DNA from: a virus
DNA length: 64,000 bases
Virus record (IMG/VR): IMGVR_UViG_3300045972_000807
Location: 107,757-171,756 of that record
Reading direction: 5' to 3' (one strand)
Shown: piece by piece, positions 44,704-56,351 of the stretch
Numbering within the stretch: position 1 is the first letter of the stretch
Layout of the letters: each line of letters begins with the position of its first letter
The notes under the pieces: model-generated
The model's database searches: none
Told to the model about the DNA's origin: nothing
Seen by the model: the letters and a program-made list of their open reading frames with translations, nothing else
Program-made: the position numbers and the translations under genes

Positions 44704-44964
44704 ATGTCTTCAATCACACGTAACGTTCTTATCGCCCGCGGTGTTTCTGCTAACGTCAAGTTCCTGGATCAGCGCAAGACGCATGATCGCGTTATCGCCA
44801 AGTGCCCGAGCATTAGCTCTTCGGATATCACGATCACGCTGGATCGTGAACACGGTTTCTTCGTAGGTACCCTCGACGGCGAGATCATCAGCAAGTCCCG
44901 TGAACCGCAAGTCGCATTCCGCCGCGCTGTTCGCAAGACTTGGCGCAAGGCCGCTGCTCACTAA
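44704..44964 (+). CDS. small basic early protein
   Basis: AGGAG SD; strong codon bias. Confidence 0.8.
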   Translation: MSSITRNVLIARGVSANVKFLDQRKTHDRVIAKCPSISSSDITITLDREHGFFVGTLDGEIISKSREPQVAFRRAVRKTWRKAAAH

Positions 44965-44987
44965 TTAGTGGGTAGATCATGTTGCCC

Positions 44988-45022
44988 GCAAAAGGCTCGA
45001 CTAGGTCGGGCCGTTTGCATTT
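44988..45022 (+). terminator. probable terminator or stem-loop
   Basis: GCAAAAGGCTCGAC-TAG-GTCGGGCCGTTTGC followed by ATTT. Confidence 0.5.
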
Positions 45023-45173
45023 CTAATACTTAACGCTAGGATTCAAAAATGAGAGAACTCGACGAGTTAACGAAAGACGGCATGGCAATGGGCATGCTAA
45101 GAAATGGTACGGCAGGAAGCGCTCTGCTCTGCCGTGCTGTGTACGCAATCCTGTTGTACTTGATTGCTTCAAA

Positions 45174-45545
45174 ATGAAAGTCCCTTACAGATTTGACAGC
45201 GCGCGGGTGGTAGGAACTTTAACCGTTCAAGAAGTAACCCTGCGCCAGCACTACGAGACGGCAGCTTGGTTTCGAGACCACAAGGTAAAACCCGGAGAGT
45301 ACCCGGTGTTTGCCAAGCCTAACGGTAGCTATAATCAGCTAATGTACGGCGTTGTTTTGGACACAGTTATTACCGCAGCTTGTTTCCAATCCCTGTTCGG
45401 TGGGGTTGGCTACGGAGAAGACAAAGCAGGCCAGCGTGAGGTAGGTAAAGAGTCTACCTATACCATCGTTGAAGGCGAAAGCTACCAGCAAGGCGGGATC
45501 ACCCCGTTTGAAGGTTGGACAGATTTTAGTTACAAACCTTTTTGA
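45174..45545 (+). CDS. hypothetical protein
   Basis: Intact ORF in the early cluster. Confidence 0.7.
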   Translation: MKVPYRFDSARVVGTLTVQEVTLRQHYETAAWFRDHKVKPGEYPVFAKPNGSYNQLMYGVVLDTVITAACFQSLFGGVGYGEDKAGQREVGKESTYTIVEGESYQQGGITPFEGWTDFSYKPF

Positions 45546-45552
45546 GCACATT

Positions 45553-45798
45553 ATGAACCAACAAAAATTGGATATGCTGGACGGTGAAGTTAAGGGGGCT
45601 ATGCAGCAGTACGTTAGCGGTATGCTGGGTATTACTGAATTTTGCGACTTCATGGCCCTGATCCGCAGCCGGGTAGGCAGCGATACGAAACTGTGCGGTC
45701 TCCTTGATCCCAATACGGGCTTGCGCTACCCTACGCTGAAGGAGATGTCAATCCAAGCTGCTCAGCACCGGCAGTCCCAGGAAAACCTGGCATCATAG
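45553..45798 (+). CDS. hypothetical protein
   Basis: ATG at 45553 (MNQQKL). Confidence 0.6.
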   Translation: MNQQKLDMLDGEVKGAMQQYVSGMLGITEFCDFMALIRSRVGSDTKLCGLLDPNTGLRYPTLKEMSIQAAQHRQSQENLAS

Positions 45799-46014
45799 AT
45801 TTACTATGGCACGCAGAATAATAGCTGCTACTAGCAGCAAAACGTACAAGGCTGTAATGCTAACGCCTGCATGGGCGGGCTTTCAGGTTTTGGCAGTGAG
45901 GGTAGGACAGGATTGCTATTCCTACGTAGAGATAGAGTGGGCCCCGGTGTCATATTGGCGTTGGAAGCTCAGCAACTGGATTTCGTTTTAATTCCTTAAA
46001 ATCAGGAGAAACAA

Positions 46015-46281
46015 ATGGCACGCTTTACAAAAGCTGAGCTGGGCAGAATCAAACCCGGCACATGGGTAACAGTTATGTGGAAAGATACCGACATGGCCCA
46101 GGCTATCCTCTTGCTCGAAAGGATCAACGTTAAAGAGCATGGTGACATTACGCTAAAGTATTTTGATCCAGCGCATAACTGCATTAAAACCTTGGCAGTG
46201 CATAAACAGATCGTAGGGGTAGGCGATCGTGTTACGGTCCCTGAAGCACAAGTTCAATCCAATTGTGAAGGAGACACCTAA
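46015..46281 (+). CDS. hypothetical protein, paralog of 8487..8801
   Basis: AGGAG SD; shared PGTW...LLLE...GDIT motif. Confidence 0.75.
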   Translation: MARFTKAELGRIKPGTWVTVMWKDTDMAQAILLLERINVKEHGDITLKYFDPAHNCIKTLAVHKQIVGVGDRVTVPEAQVQSNCEGDT

Positions 46282-46282
46282 A

Positions 46283-48368
46283 GTGCCTACAACAGTTAAC
46301 AGCATCATAGACTCTGAAAAACTAAGGAGAACCCTTAGAGAGTTAAAATCAACAGAAGAACGCGATGCCTATGTACAAGGTTTAGTTGAAGGCTTAGACA
46401 TGGGCATAAGGATCTTCAGAGCCAGCTTAGCAAAGGTTCTTAGCACACTACCTTCAAAGACTGAGGCTGAGGTTACCGCAGCCCTTAAGGAACACGAACA
46501 TCTAATGTTAGGAGATCGTGTGCCTGAACGTTCTGAGCTAAACCTATCAGAAAATCTCAAAGAACTTTTCAGTAAACTTCGCAACCCACACAAAGGAAAA
46601 TGAAAATGGCACACAAGTATGGAAAAGGAACATTCCTTGCCAAGCTGGCAGACGATTTGGAAGCACACGGCATGCTGCCTAATCAGGCAGAGGACGTTAT
46701 GTCTATCTTTGTTGCAGGTGAGCGTGACAGTTCGATGTCTAGCCGCTGGATGGATGACCCTGACGGTTACCCTCCGGTTCTCTACAATCTTGTGTGGGGC
46801 ATTTTGTGTACTTACGCCCTTTCGTACATAGACAAGATTTGCCCACAGGCGTGGTTCCGTCCTGTCTTTCTTTCGCCCTCTGAGCAAGAAGCGTGGCTCA
46901 AAGAAAACGGCGTTAAACGGCGCTAAGTCTTACTAACTGGATAAGTACCATGGAAATAATGATTAAGAATCCTGCAAACAAGAACGAGGCTGTTGCCTTG
47001 TCCAAGGAACAGTTCGCTGTAGTTCACGATTACATCGTAGGCTGCATGAACACCCAGAAGAAGGCAAAGGACGCGGTTGTGGTGGACATGCTGATTGCCG
47101 CCAACCTCCCCATTGTTTTCAAAACCAAACCGTAGGAGCCTGCTATGGCAGTAATTTACAGTGCCCATTGGAGAGCTTGGAGCAGAGTGCTAAGCGACAA
47201 GGATGGGGTCTACGTGGAACTAAACCTATCCCATATAAACGGGATGTGGGACAAAGTAAAAGAGGAGACTATCCGGGAACACCGTACCACTCGGTCTCCT
47301 AAAGACGTAGAGCAAGAGAACCTTCCTGTTGCTGTGAAGCAGGCAATGGTTGCTGTGCTAGGCGCTAAGTTTGTAGAGCGTCTTCTCACTTACGACTACT
47401 TGTCCGAGGTAGATTGGGCCAAGTACAAAAAGATAGCTAACGGCGGCGCAGCATTTAACCAAATAAGGAAACTTGAATATGTCTAGCATAACAGACGAAC
47501 GTTTTGTACGGGCATTGAAGTCCTACCATTCTGACAGGATGCTGGAGTCGGCTTTAAAAGACGTTAGCGCTCGCTTTCTCGAAAGCACTGGGCGTACGTC
47601 GGTAACAGGTATTCGTTACACCACTTTTTGTCTCTTGGTGGCACAAGCGTTGGAAAATATGCTTGCAGGGTACGGCGGTCATCAAACCGTCGACTCCCGC
47701 TACCTTTCAGAAGCCATTGGGTACCAGTTAGGAGGCGCCCAGGTTGAGCCCTTAGGGGTCGAGCGTTACCAGCAACTGGTTGATACCGTATACGAATTGC
47801 AGACCAAATTTTCGGTTTTCGGTGGACTGCTTGACTCCCTGGCCAAGTTTGCTACCTAAAGGAAAACAGTATGTCTAACTGGGAAATAAAAGCACCGGAT
47901 TGCTATATGTCATTCAGCAACGGAGCGTACAGAGTCATTCACAAGGGCATGCCTATCAGCGACGGCAAGAAGACTATGGTGGAGGCAGCCGCAGTGGCTA
48001 TGCAATTCAAGCTCACCATGTCCTCGATATCGTGGAACGGCGATATGGGCTTGTGGGTTGCAGCTAGCACGCTGGGTACGAGTAACGAACTGCATGTACC
48101 TGGCAGCCTTTCGCGCTACTCTATAGAAGTGGAATAGTATTTTTAATGTGTGGCACACAGGAGAAATACTATGGCTACGGGATTTGAAAGGGGAAAACAG
48201 GCAGCCATAAAGCTGCTTGAAGGTACTGCGGAGGACTTTGAGGAAATAGCGGCTAGGTTCGATACCCCCAATCGAACTCCGCTAGAGTTCAGGCAACAGC
48301 AGTTATTCCTTGAAAAGGCAACTTTGTTGCGCGGACAGATAACGCAAATTCAACAATTGAAAGAGTGA
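46283..48368 (+). other. cluster of about 7 small hypothetical early genes (46283-46603, 46600-46926, 46950-47135, 47145-47486, 47479-47859, 47871-48137, 48171-48368)
   Basis: Head-to-tail ORFs, most with SD-like motifs; no recognisable domains. Confidence 0.65.
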
Positions 48369-48369
48369 A

Positions 48370-50250
48370 ATGAAAACCTTGACCAATAAAACCTTGGCTG
48401 AGAAGAAAGAAATGTACTTACGGGCAAAAGACGAATACTACAACTCTGAAGATGGTAAATCGTTTTTGACAGACGCCCAGTTTGATAAGCTCGAAGACGC
48501 GATTCGAGCTGAGGCCCCTAAGTGGAGTGGCCTCAAGAAAACAGGCATCCTTGGCAAGAAGAAACCCATCAGGCTTCTTGTACCCATGCCCAGCCTTACC
48601 AAGTGTAAGGCGCACGACGGTGTTGCTGCAAAGCACATTGCTCGTCTCAATAAGTTTGATCCAGCCCCTAAGGCTATCATGGAAAAGCTCGACGGTGCTT
48701 CTGTGATATCGCACTACGAAGGCGGCAAACTACAACTCCTCGCCACGCGCGGCGACGGCATAATAGGCCAGGAAATTACCTTCCTCGCGCCCTACTGCAA
48801 AACACTCCCCAAGACAATCAAGCGCAAAGCGCCTACGACAATCCGTATGGAAGCCGTGCTTACTAAATCCGATTACAAGCGGTATTACAAGGACGAAGCT
48901 GACAGCGCTCGGGCTGGCGTTAGCGGTGCATTGAACCGCACTGAGGCGTCCCCAATGCTGAATCACATTCACTTTGTGGCTCTCCGGATGCTTGAAGAGG
49001 ATGTGTCTATCAACCTAGGTCTTCTGATGCTGGCCGACCTGGGCTTCATTACTGTCCGTGGCCGATCCTTGAAAGACTGCACCGACGAGACGCTCACAAC
49101 CGTTCTAGAGCACTACCGTGAGACTTCCATGTACGAGTGTGACGGCATTGTGGTTCACGCTAACAAGGCTCCGCTTCCGGTCGACGATAAGAAGCCGAAG
49201 TTTGCCTTCGCCTACAAGCTGGATGAGGAAACAGAGAACGCGCCCATCACTAAGATCGTAGACATTTTTTGGAAGAAGAGCGCGTTCAATGTCCTGGTGC
49301 CTAAGGCTATTATTGAGCCCGTGGACTTCGATGGTGTCACCGTTAAGCGCGCAGCACTTCATAACTATGAATGGGCACGTTCTCGCGGATGTGGCATAGG
49401 TGCTGAGGTTCGAGTTATCCGAAGCGGAGACATTATCCCCAAGATCGTGAAGGTTGAAAAGGCTGCCCCGATGAGCAAGCCCCCTAAGTCCAAGTTTGGG
49501 GATTACACGTTCGATGGCACTAACCTGGTCTGCGTGGACAAGACGGATAACCACAAGGCTTTGTTACAACGATTCTTCCAGCATACTGGCCTTGACGGCT
49601 TTGGGCCGGCTTTAGCGGAGGAATTTGCTTCGGTTAGCATGCCTACCTGGGCAGTGTGCCGAATGACTGAACCGAAGCACTGGGGAGACTACGTGGCAAG
49701 CGAAAAAATGGGGATTAAACTGGCCCGGGAGGTAGTTGCCCTGCAAGAACGAATTACCTTAGACGTAGCTATGGCGGCGTCAGGCGTGTTTGAAAAGGGC
49801 GTGGGTAGCACTCGTATTCGGTCTTTGTTGAAAGCGTACCCGCTGGCTTTTGCGTACCTTACTACACCGTACTCTGAAGGTAACCTCAACTCGTTGATGA
49901 GCAAGGCTCAGATTACTGCAGGTTGTGGCCCTGCATTTTCTAACCTGCTGAGCAAGGGCTACAAGGAGTGGTGTACTTGGTACAAGAAGTCCAAACTGGA
50001 TATCCAACCGCCAGTAACTCCTAAGGTCCAGGTCAAGGTTAAGACTGGCAAGTACGCAGGCAAGACCTTTAGCTGGACAGGCTATCGTAGCAAGGAAGAG
50101 GAAGCGGCTGTGGTAGCCGGCGGCGGTGAGGTTATTAAGCTGGGCAGCAAGACCAACGTGCTGTTCTACAACCCTAACGGCAAGTTCATGTCCAAGGTCG
50201 ACAAGGCTGCGGGTCAAGGCGTTACTGTTGTTCTGTTCGTTAACTACTAG
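48370..50250 (+). CDS. ligA: NAD-dependent DNA ligase
   Basis: YY...TD..FD.L; MPSL.K; EKLDGAS (KxDG); ATRGDG..G; DGIVV; AYK; A.LHN; IRSGDIIPKI; C-terminal BRCT-like domain. Confidence 0.95.
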   Translation: MKTLTNKTLAEKKEMYLRAKDEYYNSEDGKSFLTDAQFDKLEDAIRAEAPKWSGLKKTGILGKKKPIRLLVPMPSLTKCKAHDGVAAKHIARLNKFDPAPKAIMEKLDGASVISHYEGGKLQLLATRGDGIIGQEITFLAPYCKTLPKTIKRKAPTTIRMEAVLTKSDYKRYYKDEADSARAGVSGALNRTEASPMLNHIHFVALRMLEEDVSINLGLLMLADLGFITVRGRSLKDCTDETLTTVLEHYRETSMYECDGIVVHANKAPLPVDDKKPKFAFAYKLDEETENAPITKIVDIFWKKSAFNVLVPKAIIEPVDFDGVTVKRAALHNYEWARSRGCGIGAEVRVIRSGDIIPKIVKVEKAAPMSKPPKSKFGDYTFDGTNLVCVDKTDNHKALLQRFFQHTGLDGFGPALAEEFASVSMPTWAVCRMTEPKHWGDYVASEKMGIKLAREVVALQERITLDVAMAASGVFEKGVGSTRIRSLLKAYPLAFAYLTTPYSEGNLNSLMSKAQITAGCGPAFSNLLSKGYKEWCTWYKKSKLDIQPPVTPKVQVKVKTGKYAGKTFSWTGYRSKEEEAAVVAGGGEVIKLGSKTNVLFYNPNGKFMSKVDKAAGQGVTVVLFVNY

Positions 50251-50261
50251 GGGGAATAAAA

Positions 50262-52041
50262 ATGGGAATTCAACAACCTAAACCTACACAGCGAGACCAT
50301 ACTATGCTCTCGGCGTTCCAGAAAAACGTGGAGCTCGGAAAGTCTGTAGCTAGGCTCTACATTGCCGCTCAGGGTGTAAGCCTGGAAGCAAGCAACAAAG
50401 CCTGCGAACTTATGGATAACTCAACCGCAGCAATGCGATGGGGCTTCGACGCTGAAATGGCGCTATCCCCGTACAACGTTAGGTCCGCTAAGATTGGAGA
50501 ATCAAATGGCAACTAAAGCTAAACAAAATCCTTTGATGCAGGTAATCTTGAATTACGCAAAGGCTACTGCAAACAAAATGTGGGACGACGATCAGGGAAG
50601 CCGAGACGCAGTAGCCAAGTCCGAAGCAGAGTACAACATAGCTTTTCACAACCTACAACGGGCTTTGGCACGTAAACCCAACGTGGTATCCTTCGCTATT
50701 GGCGACGTGGTTAAGGTTCGTTCTACAATACGCGAGATACCATCAGGTTTAAAACGCAAGCGTGGCGAAGACCTGATAATAACCAATGCTGATATTTCAG
50801 GGGATGGGACTATGATCTACGGCGTTAACGGAAGTGCTTGGCACAGACACGACACTCTAACTCTGGTTAGTAGGGCAATTCCAGCTACGCTACGCAAAGC
50901 CCTTTCACTTGGGCGTGATGACGAGGAAGAGGACGAGGAGTGCTAAATGACCAAAACTAAAAAGTCTAACCTGACGTTCCATCCCATTCCTATGGACAAG
51001 CGTAAGCGGGACAACGATAACGTGTGTCCTGATAGCGTAGAGGTTGAGGTGGTTCGCTGGAAGAATAGGCCATTCCTGCGAATCGTGGAGAGTGAGGACT
51101 TCGACCCTGAAGATCCTCACAAGAGTCCTGAGGTTGAAAGGTTTTTCATCCAGTCTCTGCAAGAAGGCCACCTGCGTTATTTTCATGGGTACGCCGTTAC
51201 CTTGCAGGAAGCCAAAGACAAGTGTGAGGTAATAGCTAGGGACTTTGAGAAGTTCCTTAACGAATGGCATAACGCCAAATCACTACAAAAAGGAAATTAA
51301 AGATGCACGCTACAGTTGAATTTCAATTCGAGGAACGTGAGGTTCCAGTAGCCGCTAAAGCTGGCGGCAGTGTCGTCTTTGGGGGAGGCCAGCACATGCG
51401 TACCGTCCGCATACTCCAGCAGCTCTGGGTTAACGACGAGCACGAACTTTTCAAAACTGAATGGCGCGATGTGCCAGTAGTAAGGAAACAAGATGACAAA
51501 CAAACTGCATAGTAAGAAACTGTCTAACGGTCACCTGGCTACTCTGTTCAGCGTAGCCAACGATACTTACGATACGGCCTTTGCGTCCTACCTCGACTTC
51601 CTTGTAAAGTTTGATATTGTGCGGCTAACGGGAATACAACCTAATGGAAATCGCAGGTACGCGGTTACCCCAAAGGGTAACGCTCTTATAGAGCAGATTC
51701 GCATACGCACCACGGAATACGAAGTACCTGAGCAGCCTAAGAGCGTTCATGCTCAGGAATGTGTTGTGTGCGGTGCCTGTTACCAGCCTTGCGATTGCTA
51801 TCCAAAAGAGTCACCCCTACAACCAGAGGCTGGGGCTGGGTACTCGCGCGACAGCCCTGCCCTCTCGATAGAGTGGCTTATGGCTAAGTACAAGAGGCAC
51901 GGCGAGCTTGAAGACTTATGGGCCGCTGAGAACATCCGCGATCTACTGGCTGACGCAGAGTACGGACGTGGCGTACGAGAGCGAAGAGAAAAAGCACTGG
52001 CTAACGGTTTTGGCCGATCACCCTTACGGAGTAAAAAATGA
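50262..52041 (+). other. five small hypothetical genes (50262-50516, 50506-50946, 50947-51300, 51303-51512, 51493-52041)
   Basis: Abutting or overlapping ORFs with SD-like motifs. Confidence 0.65.
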
Positions 52042-52373
52042 GTAATTCAAGAATGCTATTTGCCGCAGCACGTGGTGCGCGGATTCACGGATGGGATGCA
52101 TCTTGGGTTAGCCCAACCGATAGCATTTCCAAGATGATGGAAGCCCCGGACCACTACATCGTCAACCCAGACGACGCGCATTTACAGTATGGGTCGATTA
52201 GCAAGGCACTGATCTACATGGTAGTATCTGGCGAGTACTGCGCTGCTTACGTTGAAGCTTGGGAGTATTGCAAGATCCGCTTCCCCGAAGTCTTGGGGAC
52301 TGCGAAGCTTCCCAGAGAGTCAAGGCTCTTGCGTTTGATTTTGGCAGAATTTCTTGCTGACGAGGGACTTTGA
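52038..52373 (+). CDS. hypothetical protein, paralog of 52788..53147
   Basis: R.L.AA.RGA.I...HLQYG.IS.AL...AE..ADEGL. Confidence 0.75.
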   Translation: MSNSRMLFAAARGARIHGWDASWVSPTDSISKMMEAPDHYIVNPDDAHLQYGSISKALIYMVVSGEYCAAYVEAWEYCKIRFPEVLGTAKLPRESRLLRLILAEFLADEGL

Positions 52374-52374
52374 T

Positions 52375-52785
52375 ATGGCTAAGGCACAACTTTTCGACTG
52401 CGGTGAATGCGCTACCGGCTGCTATGGTAGATGTATGCGAGCTATCATCTCCGAGATGCAACCTGTAGGCAAACCTAATACTACTCTTGAAGTCAGGGTT
52501 AGTTCCGGAAGAGAAATTTCTTTGCGGTCTGTCCGAGATGATTTACTAAAGGTGCGAAACCGTCTCTACGCGGACTGTAACGCAAATACACCCGAAGGTC
52601 AATACGCAGCTGTTTTAGGACCGTATACCTTGGACTTACTAGCACAAGTTGACGTTCTATTGCAGGATAAGAAACCTACCTTTCACCTGCTCGGTGAAAT
52701 GCGGGAAGGAGGCGTGGTGTGGTTTAACCAGAACCCACATGCCCATCCTGTGGGCACAAAGTTCTACGCTGACAAGAAGGTGTAA
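52375..52785 (+). CDS. hypothetical protein with N-terminal Cys cluster
   Basis: GAGG SD; CGEC..GC.G.C. Confidence 0.65.
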   Translation: MAKAQLFDCGECATGCYGRCMRAIISEMQPVGKPNTTLEVRVSSGREISLRSVRDDLLKVRNRLYADCNANTPEGQYAAVLGPYTLDLLAQVDVLLQDKKPTFHLLGEMREGGVVWFNQNPHAHPVGTKFYADKKV

Positions 52786-52787
52786 AA

Positions 52788-53147
52788 ATGAACCGGATTC
52801 TATTAGCAGCGTCTCGTGGCGCTATTATCGAGCGTAGGCATACTAACTACCGAATGTATAAGTACGCCTACTGGGAAGATACCGATCATGTAGCTATTAA
52901 CTTAGGCGCCGCTCCTGACGACTGCTACGATTACCAGATTAACTCTGAGGACAAACACCTACAGTACGGTCCAATCAGCACAGCCCTACGGGAGCGCGTT
53001 ATGGTCGGCCCGTTCAAGGCAAAAGACTTTGACCTAGCCTGGCAGTATTTCAAGGCTAGGTTTAACGACTACTACAAGATACCAGACGAGGACTTGTTGA
53101 TGACTCTTCTTATTGTGGCAGAATTATTTGCCGACGAGGGACTATGA
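52788..53147 (+). CDS. hypothetical protein, paralog of 52038..52373
   Basis: Same motifs as its paralog. Confidence 0.75.
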   Translation: MNRILLAASRGAIIERRHTNYRMYKYAYWEDTDHVAINLGAAPDDCYDYQINSEDKHLQYGPISTALRERVMVGPFKAKDFDLAWQYFKARFNDYYKIPDEDLLMTLLIVAELFADEGL

Positions 53148-53148
53148 A

Positions 53149-55911
53149 ATGACTGTAAAAGACGTTGAGCTAATCGAGAAGCTAATCGAAGACTATTTTC
53201 ACTTGCAGCGCAGGGCTGTAGAAAATAGTGGGAGCATTACGCCGTCGTACTATACCAAAGAGAACGACAGAGTACAGCAAGAGTACCACGAGGCATCTTG
53301 CGCTATGGAACGCATCAAACGGAAACTAGGAGTTGAATAACATGATTACCGAATATGACCCCAACATTCACTGGGCACGCCACACGATTGAGCTAACCTT
53401 CATGCAGTGGAACTACTGCATCAAGATTCAGACTGAGATTCTTGGTAACGTAACTGGGGCCGATCTGTTTGAAGGCGCGGTGCGTAACTGCTTCGACAAG
53501 CTGTACGACCAGACCGTAGGAGATTACGCACAAATCATTTTGAAGCGTGCGGGCCCAGGCCCTGAATACGCTGAAGACGAGCTGGAAGTGTCTCTAGACG
53601 AAGACGATCTAATGCAAATATGCGTAGGCGTCTGTATCATCAAGCACGAGGCGGAGGAACGGAAATGACAACCCAGCTTATCGAAAAGATGGTTAGTAGT
53701 CTTCTTGACTATCAGTCTAGCCAAGAAGGCGAACATGGCACTGGCAGGAGCAACGAAGAGCTAGAAGCTGAGGGTTTAACCAACCCAGTAATAACCGAAG
53801 CCTTGGCCTATCTGGAAGTCTATAAAACCGTACCGGTTAACGATCAAGCCGCAGAGATCGTTAGGCTAAGAGCAGAGCTGGCGGAGGCTAAACGGGACAC
53901 TATGCTTATCAGCAGTTGCTCTGACAAGCTCCGAGTTATGCACAGCCAAGAGATCAGAATTTTGAATGAGCTTCACCGGAAAGAACTTGCTGGCGAGGCT
54001 CCCCGGATTCCCGTTACAGTGAATCGAAGAGTAAAAGATTTATACAAAAGGGCTAGGAGGCTTAAGATAAGCCCAGATGACTTTGTGCTTGAAGAATGGG
54101 AAATTAGGTTCGCAGATCTTCTTATACGCGAGTGCGCTGTGATACCTGACTGGGCTATCGAGACTGGTAGAGACCAGCTAGTTGAAACCTGCATGGCACA
54201 ACGCGCTTCCAAAGCTATTCTTGATAACTTTGGGTTAACGCCATGACCTTTGAACCAAAATCAAAACCCAATGAGGTACTTAGTCGATTAGCAGACCAGT
54301 GCTGGGAACCTAGGCAATATGGGCCTACTTGGTTCAACCACATGAAGTTTGCAAAGTTGATCGTACAGGGGTGTGTAGAACTCTGCGAGAAAGACTTGTG
54401 TAACCGCAAGGATGATCCTCCGGCTAACTACTTTGATGGTGGGCTCCGCCACTGCGCCAATTCTATAAAAGAAAACTTTGGCGTCTATGAGGGTGGTACT
54501 GCTATCAATAGCGACTATGCGGAGCCTAAAGGATGCTTGCGCTGCAACACTCCGAAGAAGTGTGCTGTTCACGGGTGCTCCCCGATGACTTGGCCTTCAG
54601 AGGCACCCTCAGAACCTGTAGTGTTTCGGCATGAGGATATCTATGGGAACGAAGTTGGACCCCCAACTTTGCTCTACGCACATCGACAACAGCCTGGTCA
54701 GGACCCAGTGACTTTGAATCCCATGCTGCTCCGTGACGTAGCCGATATTACTGGTACCAGCGTACCAGAGGTGCAGGAAGCACTACGGAACCTTGGACTT
54801 AACTTCAACCGAAGTACCAATATGGCGCTGCCCCCTAACGAGGTAGTAGCTGCTTGCAAGTACCTACTAAACGCAAAAGCACAAAAGGGGGCGTGAAGTG
54901 CGTGAGAATAAACCTAATGTTGTTAGCGCACTATACGGTATCGCGGCGCCTCTTCCTCTAAGCTCATTACAGCGGTGTACGCATGACGCTATAGTGGTAC
55001 ACTTTGATAAGTCCTCGGCCATGACGCTTACCAGCCTTGCCATACGATCTAGGTGGCCTAGGTTTACAGGTAGGTGTCCACAATGCGGTGCCTCAGTTAT
55101 TAAGTACGCCTCTTTTGAACACTACACTATGGGAGATTGGTGATGAACATAATCAAGATTATCCGGGACTGGCGTAGGCGCACCGACGATCCGGTAAAGC
55201 ATTGCATGGTTTACAAGTCGGTAGGGTGTATGCACGTTGACAGCATGATCTGCAACATGAAAACGTGCGACGTTAAAGTTAGCCTAGACATAACGCCCAA
55301 CTACTGCCAAGAGGTTGACCGTAGTGGCCGATACGAAATGGGTAATGTGCCATGAGCAAGTTTAAAGCTATGATGGCACTGGCCTCTATGTTTTCTGTTA
55401 TGCCGAACATAGGTGCGCCAGCAGATTACTACAAGGACAGGCAAAAGACTGAGCAGCAAAAGGCGCTGGAAAAGAAGCAGCGGGTCCGTGAACAAATCCG
55501 AGCCCGTCGAGAACAGAAAGGTAGATGAAATGACCACAGTGCGAACGCTAACAGTAGCCGTGACGCAGGAACACCTAAGCCAGCAACTCATGGACGAACT
55601 ACGCGAAGTAGTCAAGCAAGACAAGTATGACTACCTACACGACAGCGCCTTGGTCGGGGTGCTGGAAATGCTTAAATGGGAATACATTCAACGGAATAGG
55701 GAGTAGCACTATGACTACAGAAAAAGTGATCCAATTTGTAATAGGCAAACGGTACAACTGGAAGCATCAGCCCGAAAGGTTGGTTTACCTTGGCTACAAC
55801 TTCAGCGGTAACGGCAAGTGGCATCAGTTTGCAAAGATAGAAAAGCCTGAAGTCGTTTGGTGCGAGATTCTACCCTCGGATCTTGACATGCTGGAAGAAA
55901 CTAAACCATGA
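53149..55911 (+). other. cluster of about 9 small hypothetical genes including 53665-54246 and 54243-54896
   Basis: Overlapping start and stop codons; shared FA.LI...C...I..NFG segment in two genes. Confidence 0.6.
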
Positions 55912-56351
55912 CACCTGTTAAGCAAGAGTTCATACACGACCCGTCTAACGGTGTGTACGGTGACTGCCAACGCGCAGTGATAGCTTCATTGCTTGATCTG
56001 CCGTTGTCCGAGGTTCCGCACTTCCTTGGAATCGCTAAGAACAATTCTGTCTTGTACTGGTCAGCTATCCAAAGTTTTCTTAGGGAACGTGGGTATGCGT
56101 GGCTGGTAGTTCCTGCTAGATCGGGTGCCGCGTTCTTCGGGTCAGACGAGGGTTCTAAGATATACTACGAGTTATCAGGGCCATCCCCTAGGGGCTTGGG
56201 CGTTACGCATGCTGTTATCGGCTGCGATGGGGAGATTGTATTCGACCCTCACCCGTCTAATGCTGGATTACTGGGCGACCCGGCTGACTGGGAATGCGCT
56301 TTCTTAGTTAAAACCTGTGAAGGAGCCTACGATGCCAATCGAGATAGCTGA
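55908..56351 (+). CDS. hypothetical protein, possible papain-fold (C39-like) peptidase
   Basis: KQ...GDC..A.IASLL...HAVI......FDP ordering of Gln, Cys, His, Asp. Confidence 0.55.
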   Translation: MTPVKQEFIHDPSNGVYGDCQRAVIASLLDLPLSEVPHFLGIAKNNSVLYWSAIQSFLRERGYAWLVVPARSGAAFFGSDEGSKIYYELSGPSPRGLGVTHAVIGCDGEIVFDPHPSNAGLLGDPADWECAFLVKTCEGAYDANRDS

